Assembly (NCBI GenBank): GCA_000004985.1
Contig: GG738845.1
Strand: one strand, 5' to 3'
Origin: Naegleria gruberi
Lineage: Eukaryota
Length of the DNA stretch: 64,000 nucleotides
Shown here: positions 21,623 to 30,500 of the stretch, one piece after another
Numbering within the stretch: the stretch's first letter is position 1
How the letters are laid out: the number at the start of each line of letters is the position of its first letter
The notes under the pieces: model-generated
What the model was told of the DNA's origin: nothing
Database searches by the model: none
The model's input: only the letters and a program-made list of their open reading frames with translations
Translations under genes and position numbers: made by a program

Positions 21623-22189
21623 TTATTGGATGATCGTAAAAACTTCAATTTCAGTAACTTTGAAAGTATTAGTGCCTGCCAAGTAGGTGTTAGCTTTAAA
21701 GCTTTGAGGTTCCATTCCACAAGGTAATTCATAGGTTGTACCAAAATTGGAAAAAGACTTTGAGTTCCTATTACAATCATCAGCAATATATATGTCATGA
21801 TTTCCAAAGGTTGGAAGATAGTGTGGATGATTGTAAATGGCTTGTTGTTTTTGGTCTTGTTTGACATTGAATTTTGTAATATGATAACTTCCATTCAATT
21901 TTTCAAGCTTGAAAAGAAATGCTGCATCGTCACAAGCAAACTCATAATTTGATTTCCAATTTTGAGATGAAAAACCTCCAAATATTTTTCCAAATTCGGA
22001 CTTGATAATTGTTAAGGTTGCTCCTTGATTATCACATTTTTCATGGAAGATTTCAGAACTGAATCCATCTTCACTTGCTCTGAATAATAATTTTGGAGTT
22101 TGTTGGCTCTTCGTGAAGGTAGATAATTCGAGACCAACATTTTCAATGGAAGAAAGAATTTGTGAGGAAACAAAGTGGTTTGGTTGCAT
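21623..22189 (-). CDS. TLDc-domain protein (TBC/LysM-associated domain, as in OXR1/NCOA7/TBC1D24), 188 aa
   Basis: KLLFRASEDGFSSEIFHEKCDNQGATLTIIKSEFGKIFGGFSSQNWKS...AAFLFKL matches the TLDc core (LLYRxSxDGFsaxxFHxKCDgxGpTLtlIKtxxGxIFGGYtsxxW...FLFsL). Confidence 0.6.
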   Translation of the reverse strand: MQPNHFVSSQILSSIENVGLELSTFTKSQQTPKLLFRASEDGFSSEIFHEKCDNQGATLTIIKSEFGKIFGGFSSQNWKSNYEFACDDAAFLFKLEKLNGSYHITKFNVKQDQKQQAIYNHPHYLPTFGNHDIYIADDCNRNSKSFSNFGTTYELPCGMEPQSFKANTYLAGTNTFKVTEIEVFTIIQ

Positions 22190-22315
22190 TTTTTATTGAA
22201 AATATTTTGTTGAAGGAAAAAGCTCAATTAAGGGAATAATGGAACAAAAAAAACTCAACAAGTTCGATTAGCATTGTTCTTCTTAAACCAGAAATTAGCA
22301 AGTAAATAGTGAAGG

Positions 22316-23553
22316 ATGGTTTTGAATCAAACTCATGAACATGGTGATTTAACTGACAAGAACAAGCTATTGAATCAGGAATCACCAACTAGTTATAATC
22401 CTTCTCCTAATAGTTATTATTCCAACCCTTCGGACCCATATTTACATCAGCAAGGGAGCTTGGAAAATGTAAGTTGAAAGAGTTGATTAATATCTTTCTC
22501 TGACTATTATAATAGGTTAAACAACACAATAGCAATGATGAGGAAAAGATATGTCGTTGTTGTCATGGAGTTTTAACAAGTAATGATGATTATATTTCTC
22601 CGTGCAAATGTACAGGTTCCATGAAGTTTGTTCATCGTTATTGTTTGGTATGTTTTTCAATTATCTCATATGTTAACTAGGCTTAGGATCAATGGAGAAC
22701 AGTGAGTCCAAAAGCAACATCTTTCTATCAGTGTGATATTTGCTCACATCCTTATGATATCAAAGATGTGGATGAGAATGGTAGGGTTTTAGATGAAACA
22801 GAAGTGAAAGAACAAGGTTGTGGTTATAAACCTAAATCAATACTCAAGTTTGGCACATTAGTAACTCTTGACTTTTCAATCATTCTAATTGTTTGGCAAG
22901 TATTGGTATTATTATGTGCTGGTTTCTTTGCTTTGTGTGATTATGATTATGGATTGAGAGCTAAATTGTTTGGTCTGGATATGAATATATATCTGGTTAC
23001 CTATATGTAAGTATATTAGAAATTTGAGGAAATGGATTAATAGTTCAATAATAGTTGTGGATTGGTAATGTTCTTCTTCATTATGGGCATGTTAGGATTG
23101 TGCTGTACTGGAATTGTTATCTTGAACAAGATGATGAATGACACCTTCTGTGGGAATTGTTTAACTAATGACCACTATTACTCTCATAATACATACCCAT
23201 ACTATGGCAGAAGGCACTCCAGACGTTCAGCTTTGTACCATTGGTACTGTTTTTGGCCATCCTTGTATGGTCGTCCAATATATGGTAGTTCTCCACATTG
23301 TTTCCCATTCGGTTGCTTTAATTGTGGAACTGGTTTTTCTGGAAATTGTGGAAAATGTGGTGATTGTAAAGGAGAAGGTGTATTGATTGTTCTTGTTATC
23401 ATTGTTCTTGCAGTGGCTATTGTAGGATTAGTGTTTGGTATGATTCTTATGGGATTGCTAGGCTATAGAATATTTTCTAGAAGAATTTCCGTTTTGAAAA
23501 AGAAAGACCAAGCTAAGTATCAACAAATTCAAAATTACTGGCCTCTTCCTTAA
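22316..23553 (+). CDS. MARCH-type RING-CH (C4HC3) membrane E3 ubiquitin ligase. Four exons with three short introns at about 22469..22515 (47 nt), 22648..22686 (39 nt) and 23007..23054 (48 nt).
   Basis: Exon 2 encodes ICRCCHGVLTSNDDYISPCKCTGSMKFVHRYCL, and exon 3 continues DQWRTV..YQCDICSHPY. Together this is the RING-CH signature (CxxC..PCxCxGS..VHxxCLxxW..CxxC). At least three hydrophobic helices follow in exons 3-4. All three introns are GTAAGT/GTATGT...(A)ATAG or CTTAG, and all splices preserve frame. Confidence 0.7.
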
Positions 23554-23639
23554 ATCCTTAAATTTCATCAATAGCATAAATAATAGACATTATAATCTCT
23601 TATTACTAGTTAAAATTAGTTATTAGAGTAAAGATGATA

Positions 23640-24470
23640 TTAAACATGTGACGTTATAATTAACATGTTCGATATATAGGTTTGAATTTTAACAACTTCA
23701 ATAACTTCAGATTCCTCAATTTAAGTACCACTTCCAACATGGAAGTGTGCACATGCATGCTAGTTGCACTGATGGTAATTATTGGCGATACATGTTGATA
23801 TGCAATATCAGAAATAATGATGGATGTGTTCACATGCTCGTTACACAACCAAATTTGTTGAAACTTAGTGAGAAGTAAATGCATGCAGTGCTAAAACTAT
23901 ATGGCAATGAATTGTGAATGTAGACATGTGAGACATGTTCCAACTCGTGAGATTAACATGTTGATAAGGCAAATGCTCGGTTGTTGATTAGTTAGATCTG
24001 CCTTAGCAAAGCGCCACAGTCATTACCTTTAGCGTGTGGTAACCACATCCGTATTCATCATTCCTATTACTGTTGATCTTATTAATATTCCTACATTAGT
24101 GTTTGTATCCGAGAGTTCAAAAAGCAACCTCAACTTGTTGTGAGGGAAAATATGGCTGCATGTGGTAGCGAACAGAACCATAATGGATTTGTACGGGGTA
24201 ATCTCTTCACTACAAATTAGTACAAATAATTGAGGAATTGTGTGTGCACAAAGATCAATTTTGCTCCATGCTCCTCCACTAGCTCTTGCTGTATGCTGTT
24301 TGACTTTGTTCAAAACTTGGACACATGATTCTAATAGAAGCTAACCACCAAGTTGATCCTTTTCTTTTTGACATTTTCTCACAACAAAAGCATATCAATC
24401 AAGGGAATGTTCTCACCAATCATACCATTATTTTAAACTTTTATTACTGTAAGTACATGGGAGTGAGAAA
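23640..24470. promoter_or_regulatory. Non-coding region upstream of the giant EGF-repeat gene, strongly enriched for (A)CATG(T) motifs. A candidate cis-regulatory cluster.
   Basis: At least 11 ACATG occurrences in about 830 nt: aacatgtgacg, taacatgttcg, caacatgg, cacatgcatgc, tacatgttgata, cacatgctcg, atgcatgcag, agacatgtgagacatgttcc, taacatgttgataagg, acacatgatt, tacatggg. The longer word (T)AACATGTTGATA is repeated at about 23790 and 23957. Roughly one occurrence would be expected by chance. Confidence 0.25.
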
Positions 24471-24524
24471 AAAACACGTTCTTGTGCTCGGCCAAATTTA
24501 ACCCTTACATTCTATTTAAGGGAG

Positions 24525-27500
24525 ATGAAAAACGTTGTTTCCACCGCGAACTACAAATTTCGTAGGTACAAAATGAACTTTTTACTGAAAAATTTCCAAA
24601 TGAGGAATGATACCACAGTGTTTTTACAATATTCTGTTGTGGTGTGCGCTTTAAGAGGCTGCTATCCATGTGAAAGTTGCAAAGATTCGAAACAAAAAAA
24701 CAACAACATGAGGATAAGAAATTATTGCTTCATTGTAATTGCCTTACTGCTACTTTGTTCAGGGGTGATTTTGGTGCGAGGTTTGTCATGCTCAAAAGAA
24801 GAAGATTGTGCTGATTCTTCAGGTTCTTGTATCAATGGAAAATGTGAGTGTTGGAATAACCATAAGACAGGTGATTATTGTGATGTATGCATTAGAGGTT
24901 ACGTTGGTGCCAATTGTGAAGATTGTGCCGCTGGTTTTACAAAAGACCCACAAGATGGGTCAACATGCTTGGCCAATTGTAATCCAGCTTGTTATAGAGG
25001 TGATTGTGTTGGCACTAATCTTTGTGAATGCAATACAGGTTGGGATGGAGCCACATGCAATGTTTGTGCTAAAGGATATAGTGGTACAGATGCTTTTGGC
25101 AATCTTTTATGCGACGTAAAAACCTGTGTTCCTGGATGTGGTTATCATGGAAAATGTGATGTTCCTCCAAGTACTTGTAAGTGTGATTATGGTTGGGAAG
25201 GGGCTGTTTGTAATATCCCTCAATGTTATGGAAACTATGCCTGTGGTAATAACTCATATTGTTCATCCGCTTTCGAATGCTCATGTGTTGAAGGTTATAA
25301 CCAAACTGCAGCTGGTTGTGTGCCAAATGTTTATAATTGTCCTGTACCATGTGGAGATCATATGAAATGTAACTCTTCATTACTTTGTGCATGTGAACAA
25401 GGTTATGATAGTATCAATGGTGCTTGTTACAAAACATGTCCTTCTAATAGTGTTAGATCTGGAACTGATTGTGTTTGTGTTGCAGGATATTCCTTAAATA
25501 ATGGTGTATGTGAAAAAGAATGTAAAGACTGTACCAATGGAGTTTGCTCCAATGGAGTTTGTACATGTAATGATGGTTTTGAAAAGAAGGGAGAGTATTG
25601 TTACAAGCCATGTTCAGTATTTACTGGAACAGTTGGTGCTACTTGTGCTATTGGTGGTATTTGTAAAGCTAATGGTCCATTCTTCTCCTGTTCGTGTTCA
25701 GAATCTGGTAAAGAAGAGTTTAATGGAGTTTGCAGAACACCTTGCAATCCTGCTTGTGGTGAAAATACTGAATGTAATGAGAATTCAATTTGTCAATGCA
25801 AATCAACACTCGATCAAGATAAATATTCATTCGATAATGCAACCAGAAAGTGTTATCCAAATTGTACCAAATGCAAATTGGAACATCAAACATGTAACAA
25901 TCCAGATGATGCAAATTGTTTCTGTGACAGAGTGAGAGGTTATTTACCAATTTATGATTCCAATGGAGTTGTCATTTCCTGTGAAAAACCATGCAATCCT
26001 GCTTGTATGGGATATTCACACTGTGTTAATGGTGATCATTGTGAATGTGATACTGGTTATACCAATTATGGAAATGAATATGGTTGTGTGAAAACCTGCA
26101 CATCAGCTTGTATTGGTTTGAGTTGGTGTAGTGACGCTATTTGTTATTGTCCTTCTGGATATCAACAACATAGTAATTCAACAAGTATTTGGTGTGAACC
26201 TGTTTGTTCAACTCCATGTGGTGCTAACATGGAATGTAGTGCTCCAGACAATTGTACTTGTAAAGCTGGATATGAAGTGATTGGAAGTGAATGTATCAAA
26301 TTATGTCCTTCTAATAGTGTTAGATCTGGAACTGATTGTGTTTGTGTTGCAGGATATTCTTTAAATAATGGTGTATGTGAAAAAGAATGTTCTCCAGAAT
26401 GTACCAATGGAGTTTGCTCCAATGGAGTTTGTACATGTAATGATGGTTTTGAAAAGAAGGGAGCTTACTGTTACAAGCCATGTTCAGGATTTACTGGAAC
26501 AGTTGGTGCTCCTTGTGCTGCTGGTGGTATTTGTAAAGCTAATGGTCCATTCTTCTCTTGTTCGTGTTCAGAATCTGGTAAAGAAGAGTTTAATGGAGTT
26601 TGCAGAACACCTTGCAATCCTGCTTGTGGTGAAAATGCTGAATGTAATGAGAATTCAATTTGTCAATGTAAATCAAATCTCGATCAAGCTAAATACTCAT
26701 TCGATAATGCAACCAGAAAGTGTTATCCAAATTGTACTAAATGCAAATTGGAACATCAAACATGTAACAATCCAGATGATGCAAATTGTTTCTGTGACAG
26801 AGTTAGAGGTTATTTACCAATTTATGATTCCAATGGTGTTGTCATTTCCTGTGAAAAACCATGTAATCCTGCTTGTATGGGATATTCACACTGTGTTAAT
26901 GGTGATCATTGTGAATGTGATACTGGTTATACTGATTATGGAAATGAATATGGTTGCGTGAAAACCTGCACATCAGCTTGTATTGGTTTGAGTTGGTGTA
27001 GTGACGCTATTTGTTATTGTCCTTCTGGATATCAACAACATAGTAATTCAACAAGTATTTGGTGTGAACCTGTTTGCTCCACTCCATGTGGTATTAATAA
27101 GCAATGTAGTGCTCCAGAAGAGTGTTCATGCAAGATTGGCTTTGATGACGTGAAAGAGGTGTGTGTTGAATCTTGCCAAGTAGGTTACTCGAGAGCCGAA
27201 GATGATGATAAGTGCTATGCCGATTGTAAAGTCTGTGGAGCTCACTCTTCTTGCTATCACTCTGAATGCGTTTGTGATTTGGGTTATCAAGTAGATGCTA
27301 GAGGTGATTGTTCTTCAGTTGTCCATGACAATAGCACAGGGAATACTACTGCAGGTAATAGTTCTACTTCTGGTGGCTGTGATCCAATATGTAATCCAAC
27401 AACTAGTTCCTGTCTGGATGGAGCTTGTATTTGTAAAGACAATTTGGAAATGATTGGTGGTGAGTGCGTTCATGTTTGTTCTTTAGATTGTGGTATTCAT

Positions 27501-30500
27501 GGAATTTGTCAAAATACCACAGGCAGTGCAACTTGTAACTGTACTGATTTCTTTGAAGGAATGGCATGTTCCACCTGCAAGAGTGGTTTTTCATTGATTA
27601 ATGACCGATGTGTATGTGATGATTCTTCAGGTCGTGCTTTGGTGGGTGAGAATTGTATCTGTAACTCTGTAGCCTCGTTTAAACAAGTTGGTACAGAGTG
27701 CGTTCGTTCTGAACCAAATTGTAGATATGGATGTGGTAATGGATTGTGTAGATTTGTGAATAATGTTACTTCAGACACTGAGTGTGTGTGTTCAGCTGGT
27801 TTCATTTCTACCAATCAATCCAATTGTAATGATTGTGATAGCAATCAAGGCTTGATTCTCTCCAATGGTTTGTGTGTATGCAATGTTAGACTTGGTTTCA
27901 GATTATCAACAATAGATGGGAAATGTAAAATTTCCACACCAATTTGTGCTGACAAATGTGGTAATGGTGAATGTCAATTCGTTGATTCCACAACTGATTT
28001 GGCAGAATGTAAATGTAATGTAGGTTATATGACTGTTCGTGGCTCTGGAAAGATGTGTTCCGAATGTGCAACAGGATACTCACTTTCAAATGGTGTTTGT
28101 AAACTCATTTGTCCTGAAGAATATTCTGGAGATGACTGTTCTACGTATACTCCAACATCTGCTTGTGTGAATCCACCATCAAACTCTCTTTCTTTCTGTA
28201 AATCTGTTGTCTCTTATCAGGTGAAAAATACCTTATATATCCAAGGAGCTCAAAGCCCATCCCAAGCCAAGGAAATGTTCTTTACCAACATGAAATCAGT
28301 AGATGAGGCTGCTAGTAATATCCTCTCTCAAGTATTGAATGAATTTGCAAAACAAAACATGTCTTGTGATTCCAATTGTATTGCTGTATCAACCAAATCC
28401 ATTTGTTACCAATACATTAGTTCATGTTCTGTTGATAATTCCAATGTTGCAGTTGAAAAGAAGCTCTGTAAAAGTGTTTGCAATTACATTTTGAATAATG
28501 AAGTTGTGACTTATCCTGATGTTTATGCTAATAGTTGTAATAGATTACCAGAGACAAATTGTTTTTATGGTACTTATTTGCCTCCAGCCACCAGCTGTTT
28601 TGGAGTTCCTTACTTGAATTCTTCAGTTTGTTCTGGAAAAGGACGTTGTGTCGATACTGACTCTTGTTCATGTAATCAAGGGTTTACAGGTAGAAACTGC
28701 CAACTCCCATTCTGTTTTAACATAGATAGCTCTGACCGTTTGGTTTGCTCATCCAATGGTGAGTGTGTTGGAGTTAACAAGTGTAATTGTAAATCTGGTT
28801 TCACTGGTAAAGACTGTTCTATCATTAATTGTAATGGAAAGAGTGAAGCTGAAGGAGGATGCTCATTCCATGGACAATGTTCTGCTGAGCACAAGTGTGT
28901 TTGTTCTGGTAACTTTGTTGGTGCTTCATGTTCAGAATGTGCAACAGGATTCACTGGAGTAAATTGTGATATTCCAATTTGTAATGGTATCAAAGCTAAT
29001 GATAAGACAGTGTGTAGCTCAAGAGGATCATGTATTGTTGATGGTGGTGAGCCAAAATGTTCTTGCTCCTCAGGATATAGTGGAACCAGTTGCCAAAACT
29101 TTAAATGTAATGATATTGACAGATCTAGTTCAGATGCTTGCTCCAAACATGGTAAATGTATAGCACAAAACACCTGTGTTTGTGCTGGTAATTTCGATCC
29201 GCTGAGATATTGTTCCACTTGTACACCTGCTTTCAATGGAACTGATTGTACAGAGAGAATTTGTTCAGATGAGTTGACTTGTAGTGCCCATGGTAAATGT
29301 AATTCCAATTTCAAGTGTGACTGTCAAGGAAACTGGGTTGGTGATTTCTGTAACCAATGTAAAGATGGATTCGTTGGAACTAATTGTCAATTTGAATGCT
29401 CACCATCAACAAAGTGTAGTGGTAGAGGATCATGCAACATGGATGGAACTTGTCAATGTACTGGAAATAGTATTGGAAAAAATTGTGAACAATGTGCAAC
29501 AGGATGGTTTGGAGCAAAATGTGACTTTTCCATTGATTCCACAAGCTTTGGATTCTCTAGTAAGGGAGATTCTTTATATGGAACTGTTTATTCCAACCTT
29601 AAAAAGAAATTTGCTTGTTCTGACCTTGTAACAACAACTGATATTCTTGGAATTGGTGCTGTATGTGTTTTGAATCCTGAAAAGAGTTCCATGGAAATTA
29701 TTTTAGGTCTCTCTGCATCCGTTAAAATTGGTAGTACTTTACAATTCAAGAAATATTTCGATTCACTTGAAACAACTCAAGTCACAATTTCAACTAAGGA
29801 TTATGTGGCAGTTTCACCACTCGCAAACTTGATTTCAGATAAGCCAAGCGTATCCAAAGCTTGTGGAAAAGTATACTTGGATGCTTCATCATCTGTTTCA
29901 ATAGATCGTAGAACTTTGCTCTTCTCGTGGTCAAATATTTTAGCTCCAACAACACATGATGCAGATACTTTGAATGCATTCCTTTCTTCAGTTACATCTT
30001 CTGGTGTTTATATTGGAGGTGCTGATTTGAGCGTAGGTTCTTACTCAGTCCAAGTAACTGTAACAAGCTCATTCTCTCTTGAAAAATCAACTTCTACCGT
30101 TTCTTTTGATGTATCTGATTTGACATCCCCAACTGTGGCTATTAAGGAAGGTCTTGAGAGTAGTATAATCATTGGTAAAAGTTCCGTCATTACACCAACT
30201 GTAACTTTCCCTTCTTGTTATAAGGGAGAGGGACCAATTAGTTATGTCTATACTTTGGATACCACAAAATCCATAAATGTTGATGTAAAACAAAAGGGTG
30301 AATTATTGATATTTAATGATGATTATACTAAAATAACTGAAGAGGGTGATTATTACTTTATTTTGACCACAACTCAAAAAGGAGCTGCTGATGTTAAGGT
30401 ACCATTCAAAGTTACAGCCAAAGCACTTCCACTTGTTGTTTCTTTCAGTGTTCGTGACATGGTTCAATCTTTTGAAAATGATGTAACTTTCACAATCATC

